Shown piece after piece: positions 39,397 through 51,754 of a DNA stretch of 64,000 nt. The stretch is from contig OZ316896.1 in assembly GCA_973895155.1 (NCBI GenBank), forward strand, positions 21,967,722 to 22,031,721. The letters run 5' to 3'. Source of the stretch: Marsupella aquatica. Lineage: Eukaryota; Plantae; Marchantiophyta. The notes under the pieces were generated by a model. That model worked only from the letters and a program-made list of their open reading frames with translations, was not told the DNA's origin and did not search any database. Every line of letters starts with the position of its first letter. Position 1 is the first letter of the stretch. A program made the position numbers and the translations under genes.

Positions 39397-40648
39397 CACT
39401 CTTTACAGTATTTAATTTCACACACTCTAATTATTGTCAGGTTATATTTGAGATAAGTGATATAATTAGGGTGTGTGACACTAATATGATATGACACTAA
39501 TTATGCTCACATGTCAATTAGTGTCACACACTTCAGTTAAAATAACTTACTCTAATTATTGTGAGGTTATATTTGAGATAAGGGACGGTAATTAGGGGGG
39601 TCTGTGACACTAATATGGTATGACATTAATTATGATCACATGTCAAATAGTGTCACACACACTTAAGTTAAACCAGTTAAACCAAATACACACACTTAAG
39701 TTAAACCAGTTAAACCAAATAGAAGGAGCAATAGTCAAAACTTGCCAATAAAAAAAATTAAAAATGTGCAGAATATTTTACTACAGTTTACAAAATTTAC
39801 TACTCAAACATTGAGACAGCTTCAAAAACTTATCTTCTTCCATATACTACTCAACATTGAACAACTTCATAAATTTACAACTCCTTCTCACATAGCACAA
39901 ATTACATTTTGGGGTACTCAAATCACATTTAGGAAACAAGTATCAATGTCAAAGCCAACTTGACCCCCTTCAAAATTCACTCCATACTTTACTATGATAT
40001 TTTGAAGCTTAGGTGTAAATTGATTTTCAGACTATACACCATTCACATTTAGAGACAGACAGTGATTATCATTGAATTTTGGGCACATGACATGTCATGT
40101 CTGTCAACATAGCTATTCAGCTCATCTACAAAGTCCCTTGCCAATGTCAAAAACCAATGTTTTCTTGAATTTATCAATTTCCCAGATGTACTCCGTGTCC
40201 CAGTCCCCACATTTTTTTGGGGTCTTCATTTATCATTTTTTTGAAGTGCAATGAGGATAAGCCAAAGGAGATGCAGATTAATTACCAGTGACATTTTGAC
40301 ATAATATTGATTCTCTCTCAGATTCTCTTTCCCTTGGTCTAGCAAATCCAACTATGATGGCCAATTCATTCCCGCCATGTTATCAATCTGTCAACCTCCT
40401 TTCACAAAGAAACTTTCTAAGAACATACACACAAAGAGATGTCACTGGTAGTCCGGATAACTTTGGAGTGGGTCCAGTTTAAGGTTACCACCAATAACAT
40501 TATTACCTCTAATTATCAATATTTTTCAAAATTAGGGGTAACGGTAAGTAGTGTTGGCTGGAAATCAAGGGCTACACCTAATTAGTGTGTGTGATACTAA
40601 TTGTTAGTGACACTAATTGTTCCGTGACACTAAATACTGTAAAGAGTG
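39397..40648. mobile_element. Non-autonomous CACTA/EnSpm-like TIR element
   Basis: TIR CACTCTTTACAGTATTTA / TAAATACTGTAAAGAGTG; many GTGACACTAA subterminal repeats near both ends; no ORF. Superfamily assignment is inference. Confidence 0.7.
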
Positions 40649-41064
40649 TAGGTCAATGCATTTGCAAAAGTGGTCTTGTTGAGGTGGGCACGAATAGTGG
40701 GTGAAGGTAGTCGGGATGTTGTGGGGTCTGTGAATGCTGTGTGATGACCATTTTTAATTCCTTTACCTCTTTCCGTCTCTCCCCTCTAACCTCTCTCCCC
40801 TCACCCTCCTTTTCCTCTTCGCCCCTTCTACCCCTTGGGGGAGTGAGGGGGAGGTGATCACCAGGACACATTAATTTGCACCCACCCAGACCCCAAAATT
40901 GAAAGTCAACCTCACTCCCAAAGAGTAGGCCCATCCACTCCCCCCCCGCGGCCCCCTTCTCCTAAAACAAAAGAAAAGAAGAGTCTTTGTTCATATTCCC
41001 CCTGCAAACAAAAGAAAGGAAGTCTTGGTTTATATTCTGCCAAGTATTTATTCTCCTTGGTTGA

Positions 41065-41560
41065 AGTTCTTCAAAACATAAACTAACAGTTCTCCCAAGA
41101 CACAAATTAACATACTGTTATTAATTATAACTCTTTAACTTTGAACCAGAATTCTCCAAAACATAAACTAACAGTTCTCCAAGACATAAATTAACACTTT
41201 GTTATTAATTATAACTCTTTAATTTTTAACCAGAATAACAAGCTTTGTCAGGTAGATGGCACAAAGTTATCTGGCCAGGGGGAGCAGTGAATTGGGGACC
41301 GGACAGGAAATTTATGGGGTGCCAGAAAAATGGGGGAATATGAACTTGAAATAGAATTAACTATAAAATGTGAAAGGTGTTAGAATATAAACCCAAAGTA
41401 GATGGCACAAAGGTGATCAGGCCAGAGTGGCAATGCATCAACCCAAGTAGATGGCACAAATATGATCAGGCCAGTTCGAGCAGTGCATCGGGACCGGGAC
41501 AGGCAATTTATGGGGCCCAGAAAAATGGACAAATATTAACTTGAAATACATTTAACTCCC
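41065..41560. repeat. Cluster of short tandem duplications
   Basis: caaaacataaactaacagttctcc..ttattaattataactcttta twice (~85-bp unit); gtagatggcacaaa three times (41252-41460). Confidence 0.8.
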
Positions 41561-42337
41561 TCCGTCCGATGTACCGCTTAGTTGTTACATAGCCCCTTCC
41601 CAAGAACAATGGACCCCTCCTTTGAACCAGTTGGAGACTACCCAATAGTGGTAAAAGAACTCTCCCAAAACTCTGACCCCTTTGTTTACAACCCTCACAG
41701 AAATTTCTTAAATTTTAACAGAAAATATAAAGGTTCTGGTTACGCTACAAATTATAGCGGTTCATGACAAAATTGACGTGGTTGCCTGGAATGTAGGTAA
41801 TATGTTTCATCGCTGTAGGTCATATCTCTCATATTCTGATCCTGGGTAACCAAATACATTGTTCGAAAAGTTGGGTGACACCTTTTGTATATTGGCTTTT
41901 TGGATGAATTTCAAATGGCAAAAAGAAAAGCTGGGTGACCAAATATATTGTTCAAAAAGACAGTAGAGACTCAGAAATACACGACTCATCTAATGCAATC
42001 CTGGAGACTCGAATTTGTCACTGAAGTAACAATACTTTCTCAATCTGTCCTCTTTAAAATCATCCTTCACGAATCTGCTTGGTGTTGACAAACAAGAAGA
42101 GAGCAATCTTTTTGACAACGGTTTTTAAAGAAAATGGGATTAACCCAGAGAAGCATGGCTGTGTGGTTGGTAGATCTTGAATTCAACTGTCATTGACTCT
42201 GGGTTCACAAATTTGCTCTTAAATCAAAGAAAAATTAAAAGATTAAAATTAAAACGGATTTGGAACGAAAAAACTGACTCGACCAGGGAATTGAATTTTG
42301 CAACATGCTCCATATACTCTAATCCTAAGCAAACCCA

Positions 42338-42510
42338 GCTTGGAAATTGGATCAGACGGGAGGGAAAGAAAGTGGGTGTCGAGTCACAACACAGACTGCA
42401 TTAAAGAACCTATCGGTCAATACCCCGCTTGGAAATTGGACGAGACAGAAGAGAAAGAAAGTGGGTGTCGAGCCACAACAGAGACTGCATTAAGAACCTA
42501 TCGGTCAACG
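42338..42510. repeat. Two ~88-bp tandem copies downstream of INTS9
   Basis: gcttggaaattgga..aaagaaagtgggtgtcgag..agactgcatta(a)agaacctatcggtcaa occurs twice. Confidence 0.85.
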
Positions 42511-42625
42511 GATTATTACAAAAAAACAATCCAAGTAATGACATGTAATCCCAGATTTCATTCAATTTTGGGCCCAGACCCAGAGAAACTCAAAGGAAGC
42601 TCTACGTTTGGAAAAATAGCTGTTC

Positions 42626-45600
42626 TCAGAGGACACTTAACGCACTGTTCACCACTTCTACGATTAGGCGTCTGACAGATGGCTCATTGGCATGAACGTT
42701 AATCTTTGATGAACTAATCTCTATCCTGGCCCTGCAAGGAGATTTGATTTCAATCGTTACTGACTTGCCATCAGTTGGCTCCATCGTTTCAGTGTCCTGC
42801 CCTGGTCCTTCGATGACGAGCAGATCATAGAGTCCGCGCTCTCTTAATCCTGTCAATAGGGAGTCAACATTCACTTTCCCCCATCGGATCTGGTACCTTG
42901 GCAAGCTATGGAAAGGTAGTCCCTTGTAGCAAGTTGCAGGAGAGGCGACGTCAAGGGACCAGTGCCCATCTCTAATCTGGAGATCGGCTTTGAGATGTGC
43001 TGCAGCTATCTTGCCAGTCTTTACTTGCTTCAATTGGATTTGAAGAGCAAGATCTGCTGACATTTCCACTTCTAGATTATTATGGTTTGGGATTGAAGGA
43101 ATCTTGATAGTCTTCCAGAGCTTGAAACAGAAGAGTCCAGATTTCAGATCTTCAGACGCTTCTCCTACAACTTTCGAAATCTCGGGCACCTGTAGTAGTA
43201 GAATCACCAACATCAGCGTTATCATACGGAAAAATATTGTATGGACTAAGTTTCTGAGTTTTAAGTTCAGGTTGCAGGTAAGCCTGTATATGTGCCAAGG
43301 CCCGGTGTGACAGCACCCCTTTGACGCCGTCTGGACCTTCCAGATCCCTCGTCACAAGTTTGCACATGCTTTATTCTATTGCTTTGACTAATATGACCTC
43401 AGCATCCTCCTTCACGCAAACGCCTGCGATTCAAGCTTTTGAAATAGATAAAACTCAATTTTGCTGCCGGATGTCCCACTACAGTGTGACGGAGATGTGA
43501 AGGCAAAAATTCCACTGCACACTCGAGACGCCTACTCTTCGAAAAAAGCTAAAAGAGGCAGGAGAGCATTAATTCAAAGAGGGGCTCACCAATGTCACTT
43601 GTGGCTTCAGCTTTTGAGTGATCGACATAACATCTTGAGACCTGCACGGGACTTCAAACGTTCTGTGGGTGCTGTGCACTGCTTTTGAACATTGAAACCA
43701 TTTCTATAGATAAACTACCACAAGATTCCACTCTACTGTTGACTAAATGAGGCAAAATACCCTTTGCTCTCTGTCAGATTGGAACCGCTAAGATCATTGA
43801 TAGAAAGTACCTGAGAGTTGTAGAAACTGGAAGATGAAGAACTTGGATGGTGAAGGGCATAAAAGGTGCTAGTAACAGCAGCTGATCAACATTTGGCTGC
43901 ATCCACAATTAGGTATATCAGAAAGACAAATAAGGGATCAAGAATTGGGAGCGTTTGATGTGTTCTACCATGAATTTTAACCCATTTTTCCACAAAGCGT
44001 TACAAAACTTAGCCTCAGCTCTTAATTGATTCAGTTGACCTACTTCAGTCAGGATAAGCAGACAACGCGGATTATTTCGCCAACGCCGTAGCAGGTGGAC
44101 TGCTGACCCAACTCGTAAACTCCAGTGAGTTGCAAAGACGACACAAGGCTCCTGCCAACAATTCCTGCCCACAAAGAATTCAAACATATATGCAAGGCTT
44201 ACAACAAATGCCAAATTATTTACACGCCTTTCAGCTGCATTAACAAGACCTCACTTTCAGCTAAGAAAAGGGACAAACAATATATTTCCCCATTCCCCAA
44301 CGAGTGTGCATATACTTACAAGAGGTCTGCTGAATTAAGAGCTGGAAAACAATGAATCCGCTTCTCTTGAACTGATTCAACAAACCCAAATAAAGATTCC
44401 CCTGCATACAGCTGCAATAACCAGTGAGTGACTTCAGACGAGGCATCAAATCTGGAACATTAGTCTAACATTCCGTCAAGCTACCGAAGACATTCTCAAA
44501 CAGGGTAACGGTAGCAACAGACGATAAACATGGAAACAGAAAATAAGGATGAAGACTCTATCTTGTCAGTTAGCTGCACCCCAGTACACAAGGACACATG
44601 CAGAGCTAATTTCCAGGAAGGGCACCTTCTCCTGCCGTGCTGGGCATAGCCATTCTGGCACCGTATTTGAATACGCTAACAACTCCTCTGCAACTGGGGA
44701 GATATAATATATGGGGACATGTCTGGATCAAGCACAAGTTCATTCAGCTGTAAATAATCCCAACCACTACCAAACAGAAAAACAAGCTCCAGTACTCTAA
44801 CTCAAGATAGTGAGGTTTCATAAAACCTTCACGATAGTACTTTGAAGGGTGCTTCCATGGGGGAGATGGCAAAGATAAAACGAGCTGCCTTTATTATGAC
44901 TTCAGAGACTACAGAAAACTGAAGTGCTATTTGGGCTTACTAAAAACTCCGAGTGTACCTTAAATCCTCTAATAGATGGCCATGAATTGTGAAGAAAATG
45001 AGATGCACAGTGAATAAGTAACTCACTCAAACCCAGCAGATCGAAGATGTGTTGCAATTTCTTCCATGAGCTCCAAGAATATCCCGTAAAAGTGTATTGG
45101 GATTAACACGGAACCACCATTGCCAAGTGTTTCCACTGTAGCTTTGCGGACCTTCTGGATTGTTTCATCCAGAACCTGAGAGCCGTTCTGTCCTGTGCCC
45201 TCATTCTCCTCATTAGTGCTCTTTCCTGACTTCTCTGGTGTGCCTTGCAGAAGCCCATGAGATGGCAATTTATGCGCAATACTTGAGTTATGACTTGCTG
45301 ATCCTAATGGAACTGGAGAGAGTGAAGATGAAGGACTAGGTGACATCCGCTGAGAAGAGAGTTTTAATGCGGCGGCTCCCCCACTTGCTTGATGTAGCTC
45401 ATTGGTAGTCGTATCCACAGTCTTCACATCAGCGGAAAGACTTTCCGATGCAAACGGGTCTTTTCTTCCGGCCTCAGAAGACTCATCTTGCAAAGAGTCC
45501 CCAACTTCCCAATGGGAAAATAGAAGCACTTCGCTACCAACGAGGGCAGGTATATCTAAGGGCATGGCATGGTTTTTGGTAGAGACTGATGAGCTTATAT

Positions 45601-47191
45601 AAGAGAGACTCCTGTTCGGACCTTTGAGGACCCAATTTGAAGATCCTATGCCGAAACCAGAGCTTGAAGGCTTGACTCTTATAAACCCATCGACATTCAC
45701 TTCCTCCCCATAGTGAAGCCGATGAACCCTTGCCATGCACGCTCTGATATCAGCTGTGCTGTGTGCGTACCCCATCCACCGAAATCAAGTGACGACAGCA
45801 CCAACACCATAGCTTCCCCAGTGAGTGACAAGTCAGTCTGACAAACAACTGCAACTATAGAAGCCTTCATGGCTGTGGAACAAAAGAATGGCTTCATCTA
45901 GTAACGTGAGGATTTACAGTAGATGACTCCAGGTCCAAAGGCATGCAATACACAAGATCCTCCAAGAGAGCAGAGTACAAGACTTTTGACACTCGCCAGT
46001 CATTAAAAATGAGGAGATTCATAACCATCCATTCTGATTTGGCAATTTCTAGATCTACAGCAGAAACAGGCAGATGGGAGATTTACCTGTAAAGTTGGTT
46101 CCACAGTTCGCCGGCTTTACGCGAGCCAACCAGTTTTTCCTTGACTTCAGCAGGCAATGTAGCAGTAAACTCAGGAAGAAGCCAGGAAGGGACAGCTGAC
46201 TTCGTAAACCTACCATACAGGTGCGTGAACTCTGTATGCAATGCAACCAGCTCTTCCATCATGAGCTGGCCTAGCTTGGCAGTTGCATGCGTTGCATATA
46301 TCTGACAAATTCAAAAACACCATTGAGTACAATAAGACAATTAGTGAATATGAATAGCGTAACATACATAAAAACAGCACAGACTTGCACTGTCCCGCTG
46401 TCCATGACTAGAAATACATTACGGATTATGGAAGATCCTTTTTCTCGTATTCGTAAACTTACGGGGTGGGCAAGTATGCTGAAAGGCCGAAATAGTGAGG
46501 AACAGCAATGTCCACTTCTGCTATACTCACAATCATATTAGAGAAATACCTTAGCTGTAAAATCAGGATTCCGAACAAGTAGAGGCAAACCCAGCATGGC
46601 AACCGGGTTCGAGATGATGACCACATTTAGGGAGGTGGCATCTACCACATTGAAGTCCGGAGTCTTATACCAAGGTGCGGCATCCAGAAAATATTGCCCA
46701 CCAATGGCTTTGTAGTAATGACTCTTCTTCCGAGGACCATCATCAGGAGGTCCACTCTTCTCATCTCTCGGTCGTTTCTTCCCAAGGTCCAAGCCATCTT
46801 GCCGATGATCACCTTTCCCTGTTAATGAGGTTCTACTTGAGCTCGAGGGAAGGGTATCAGCACTGATGTGATGAAGTGAGCTGCGGGAATCAGACACCTG
46901 CTGCTCAATCTCTGAAGGCAGTACACTTGGGAGGAAGGATAACAGGGCGGAAAGGTCAATTGGGCATTCTAGGAGAATCCTAGTGTGGGCGAAATCCAGT
47001 GAGAAGCACGGAGGAGTCAGCAAACCTCCTTTCTCTCCTCCTTTGCCCTCTCCCAAGCAAGTCTGCACCCAATAAATCCCAGAGAACAGCATCAGTAACT
47101 GCTTCAGCCATTACGATTAGCATTCACCGAGCAATCAAAATGAATCGTAAGCGTAAGCAAGTAGAGGGAGTGTAGGAGAGACCAGCTTCAT
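42626..47191 (-). CDS. INTS9: Integrator complex subunit 9 (beta-CASP family; plant DSP4-like), 10 exons
   Basis: 9-nt first exon MKL + TCLG..PPC..RILLECPIDLSAL; VIISNPVAMLGLP; IYATHATAKLGQLMMEEL; SSGFGIGSSNW; GGSVLIP; VPIYYISPVAEELLAYSNTVPEWL; WQEPCVVFATHWSLRVG. All introns GT-AG and in phase to TGA at 42626. Confidence 0.92.
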
Positions 47192-47570
47192 GGCTGGAGA
47201 AGTTCAACGAATCGCAAACTCCTTCCGCTGATGAGCATTTGTTGGGAGCAAATCGGGAGCTGGGAGCTGGGAGCTCGCTGGGCAAGCATCATCAAACACT
47301 GAAATCCCAAGTGGGCGGAGGCAGAGGGCTGCTGTGCAGGTGTATAAGAATTGCGAATGCGCAGGTTGGATCCTTCCTTTCAAATCAAATCTGCAGGAGA
47401 GACAAGCTTAATAAGTAGGGTATTCTAATGTACCCGTCCCAAAGGGACAAGTGCCATGCCTACAGTTGGGCTTGGCACCTTTCCTCTTGAAAACCGGCCA
47501 GTTTCCATGTCCACCCCCATGTCAAACCCCTATGCCAAACATGTAAGGAGTGCCAAGCATGTAAGGAGTA

Positions 47571-48071
47571 CAGTCTACCGAGTCTAAGTGCACGCTCCAG
47601 GGAAGACACCCAAAACATTCACTTATCCATGTTATGCTCTATGTCATAAGTACATGGGTATCATTTATGCACTTCTCCATATGTGTATGTTGCACTTTTC
47701 AATAAGTGCATGTGAAATCGCTTATGCACTTCTGCGGGTGTCATGTCAGGTCATATGCATAGGACTTGTCATACCTTGAATCCTCATAGTGCACGATTCC
47801 ACTGTGGATACCTAAATGGAAATACCAGGTGTAGTTGTCCCCTGCACTTATCAGTAAATGTTTGTTTCATATGTGTTGCAGTAATTGATAATACATGTGC
47901 ATTGTTATTGGCGGAAATTCACTTATGTATTAGTCAGTTAGTGACATCGACCTGCACTTACAGATGGTGCAATTTTTGGTGCATTTACAAAGAAAAATGC
48001 TATAATACAGGGGGACACATGACCAACCTGCAATTTCCCATAGAATGCACTTATACCCGCACGGTAGACTG
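47571..48071. mobile_element. Tc1/mariner (pogo-like) MITE
   Basis: TA-CAGTCTACCG ... CGGTAGACTG-TA, with internal TAAGTGCA/TGCACTTA repeats; 501 bp, no transposase. Confidence 0.8.
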
Positions 48072-48081
48072 TACTTTACAA

Positions 48082-48245
48082 TAGGGCCTGTCAAAGCACA
48101 TCACTAAGGTATGGCCAAGGACATAACTAATTATGGCAGGGACAAAACTCTATTGGCTACCTAAATACATGCCCTCTAAGAATCAGACATCCCAAAAATA
48201 ACAGTCATAAAGACTTTGCTTATGACAGTGCTTTGATACAACCTA
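48082..48245. mobile_element. Possible small Harbinger-type MITE
   Basis: TAGGGCCTGTCAAAGCAC vs GTGCTTTGATACAACCTA imperfect terminal inverted repeats. Confidence 0.4.
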
Positions 48246-50368
48246 ATAAGTAGAGAGCACTTGTTGCTCTTTTTCACAAAAGCAAACCACTGTAACTGAA
48301 GGGCCACTTCCTGTCCTGAAAATATACCCCAGACCACATGTTTTATGACAAGAGCTAATGAAAATTCAATTCCTGTGCATCAAGCCATCAACTTTGGGGG
48401 TTGGAAATGTTTAGCCCACTCCTGGGGGGCTAAACAAAAACTCATGTTTTAATTGTATCTAAGAACATCTTTCTTTATAGAATTATTGTAATTTCAATTT
48501 AAAATAACCTCTTTAATTCAAACACTATCATAAGCAATTCCACCACAAAGGGGTGGCCTGTTTATGAAAAGCAAGAAGATGGCAGAATCAATGTGAAGTG
48601 CTTTGGGTTCATAGGAGTAGACTAGTACTGCTTGGGGGCTTCAGGTCTCGCTACAACACCTCACGTCAGGAAACCAGCTCTACCGGATGGACTACCGGCT
48701 GAACCAAAAGGAAACCCTCTACAACCGGTCTTAGAGAAATTACAGGTCAAGTTTTGGACGGATCTGTAAAGAGTATAATCCGAGTCAAATACTATGTTTG
48801 GCAAAGGTCCATCTGGGTTTTGGAAATCTATAAGAGCATTTCATCATACTTGAAGGTCAATCCAGACTTCAAGTTAGTTCTGATATTTCTTTTCTTTTTC
48901 CAAATATTCAAAATCTTCTCTCCTTTGACTCTGGAAAATGAAGCTCAATGGACCTCCATGTTGGACAAAGTGCTCCCATGGCCCACCATTTTTGGTGGTC
49001 CATGGGAGTTTTGGGCTTATCACTTGATAATTATGAGTCTTAAGATAATTTTTAGTCACTTTGATGAAGTGCAGCTTACCTACTCCTCTACAACATACTC
49101 AAAACTAAAAAAATATTTGAATTTATGAGCATCAAGTTATTGCAATTAAACTCAAACTTTGGGAAATCTGGTTCATGGGGGTTTCAGACCAATGTTGTGG
49201 TACATGGGAACATCATTTGCTAGACTCTATTTTCTCAAAAAAGCTTATTGAAACATTTTCAAACAGTGATCTACTCTATAAAAACTGCAAAACAACTCCA
49301 TTGGGCGTCTCAAAGCCTGGCCTTAACAAAATAAGGCCCTCGCATAACTCCAATACATACGCTGAGACAGGTGAGGCCGGAACTACTCCCTTATGGGGTG
49401 GGTCAATACTCCCTTATGGGGTGGGTCAATGCTGCCTCCCACATTTTTTAAATTTCACAACTGGTCCCATAACCAGAGTGATGAGATATACTACAAATCT
49501 TTACTAATGACCCATCCTTGAGACCCAGTAATGGAATCTGCAAAAACAACTCAATGGAAAGTGCGAAGTCCTCAATGGAAATCGCGAAACACCTGAATGT
49601 CCACTGTGAAACAACTGAATGGAAACTGCGAAACAGAGGGCAAAGAGAGGGAATGACGGAGGGCAGCTCTACAAATAGCTCGTATCCGAGATTCACGTCG
49701 ACTGTCAGCTGAACACTTTCCAATCATCAACACATGCTCTCGAACAAAATCATCACATCGTTAGGGAAAAGCCGCCCTATCCCCATGGCCAGATCGAATT
49801 GCAATGGCAATCAATCAATTGTCATGCACGAGGCTCTTGAGAGAGCAGTTGCTGCGAAGAGTTGAGCTTCGATTGTCTCGTTTGGCTACATCACAACAGA
49901 TTTTGTAATTTTACTACTGGAGTACTTACTGAACAACTGTGGCGAGGACAAGCGCTTACTGAGGTTGCGGCGGTCGAGCTGGACAGGGACCGTTGTTGCA
50001 TTCGAGAGGAGCTTGTGCTCAGCACCAGAGGAGGGATGGGAGACATGGCCCCGTTGTTGTGCCCAAGGCCAGTGTCAAGGCCGACATTGCTCGTGACACC
50101 GAGGGGGAACTGTCAGGGTGCCGTTCGCACCGTCTCCCACCGGGAACTTGCACGTCGGTGGTGCCCGGACTGCTCTCTTCAACTATCTGGTTGCAAAGTA
50201 CCGTCTCGGCCCTCTCAGTTGTGTTAATATATTCACTGAGTATGAGAGAATGCAAGTGTCTCCTTTGTCAGGATGTTTGTGCTTTCTGCTAGCCTGTGCA
50301 TGGTGGACCATTTCTCGACACTCTGCTCTGTCTGCCCAAAAAGGTGCTTGCAAATTGAGCCTGCTGCA

Positions 50369-50395
50369 TAAACCCTAAACCCTAAACCCTAAACC
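50369..50395. repeat. Interstitial telomeric / telo-box repeat (TAAACCC)3+
   Basis: taaaccctaaaccctaaaccctaaacc. Confidence 0.9.
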
Positions 50396-51754
50396 TCTAA
50401 TTGTCTAGCCAAGGGTGGCGAATGTGGGCCCTACCGCCAGGCGGAGCGCAATGAAATCTACAAGTTATATGTTGGAAAACTGTTGAAGACAGGCTATGTG
50501 CCGTTGTACATTTTCTGTCTGGGAACCTGTTTGAATGCATTGAATTGAGCTCTTTCTGTGTTGGTAGGATCGATGTTCTGTGATATTGTTTGGCCGATAT
50601 CTTAGTGAAGGCGTTCATCCTTGGCATGCCTCATCTTGGTGGTACCAATCAGATTTTGGGAGAGAAATAGGGAGACATTTTAGGGGTCAAATCATTGTTC
50701 CATTCAGCCTTCCAATGAGTTTAGTGCTTATCCATATTGTTTTATGAGAGTGCAGTAACTGTAGGCACAACCTACGAGCCTTCCACTGAGATATATGGGA
50801 AATTGGGGAACTGCCAGTTTAGGGCGATAGAGTGTAGTGAATTCCTAGCAAGGCCCTAGCTATACTCGATGTTTTCTGCGGTTAAACCCTAAACTGCTGG
50901 GCAACTGTACTTCTAACTCTTAGTGCCCAAGGAAGCGGGACAGAATCTCTGTTTCAGCCCCGGAAACTGTTTTGTGTACCCATACTGGTTCAATTCCTGC
51001 TCAATTCTTGGATGATGTCTCCTGCTGCCTGCAATTATGTGCATTTGCCTCTTTTTTCAGACATGTCTTGGATGATGTCTCCGTTCATGAGCTTCTTTTA
51101 CTGCCCATCACAACCTAGATCAAATTATTTCCCACTTGCTTCAACTTCTTGTTCCGAAAGAATTGTCGAGCCTTCCCAATTTGCTGCTTCCACACTCTGC
51201 ATATCAGTATCACTTGTTACAAGTTCTTCTTTCGTTTGGTATGCAGGACAATTCGGCTGGAAAGGGTTCTTTCTAGGAGGGCGATAAACAAGAGCACTTC
51301 CGGCAAACTTTTTCAGAGGGCAATGTGCAGGTATGGTGGGGGTTGCTTTGGGATTTAAAATTCTCGTACTTTTTCCTCTGAAAACTTCTAGTTTTGATTC
51401 TCAAGTTTGGATGGCAAAGCTGGGATAATTCTTAGAAGTGTACAGCACTTCTTAGTTATAAATTCTCAATGAAGGAGGACGGATCCTGGAGAAGATACTG
51501 CTACTGCTATGCTTCTAGGGGTTCCTCCAATTCTTACGTTGAGCTGAAATTCCTCTCCCTTCACCAACAGAGCCTTCGCCTAGTGAATTTTGTTTCCTAA
51601 GTCCAAGGGGAAGGAAAGATGAGACTTGAAATTTGAGGACTCTGCAAGCTTGCCCTACTCAGACTGATTGAAACGTTCGTCAAACAGGTAAGATCATATC
51701 TCTCACAACTGTACCATTAAGCTCTATTCCCGGCACGGGAACGGATCTGCCTCG

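Noticed and set aside
41065-42510. CRISPR-like repeat array
   Set aside because: Eukaryotic context, only 2-3 irregular copies, no unique equal-length spacers, no cas genes.
50118-50378. Functional GluRS CDS
   Set aside because: Conserved Arg in VRxRFAPSP is Pro, upstream frameshift, missing exons and downstream stop.
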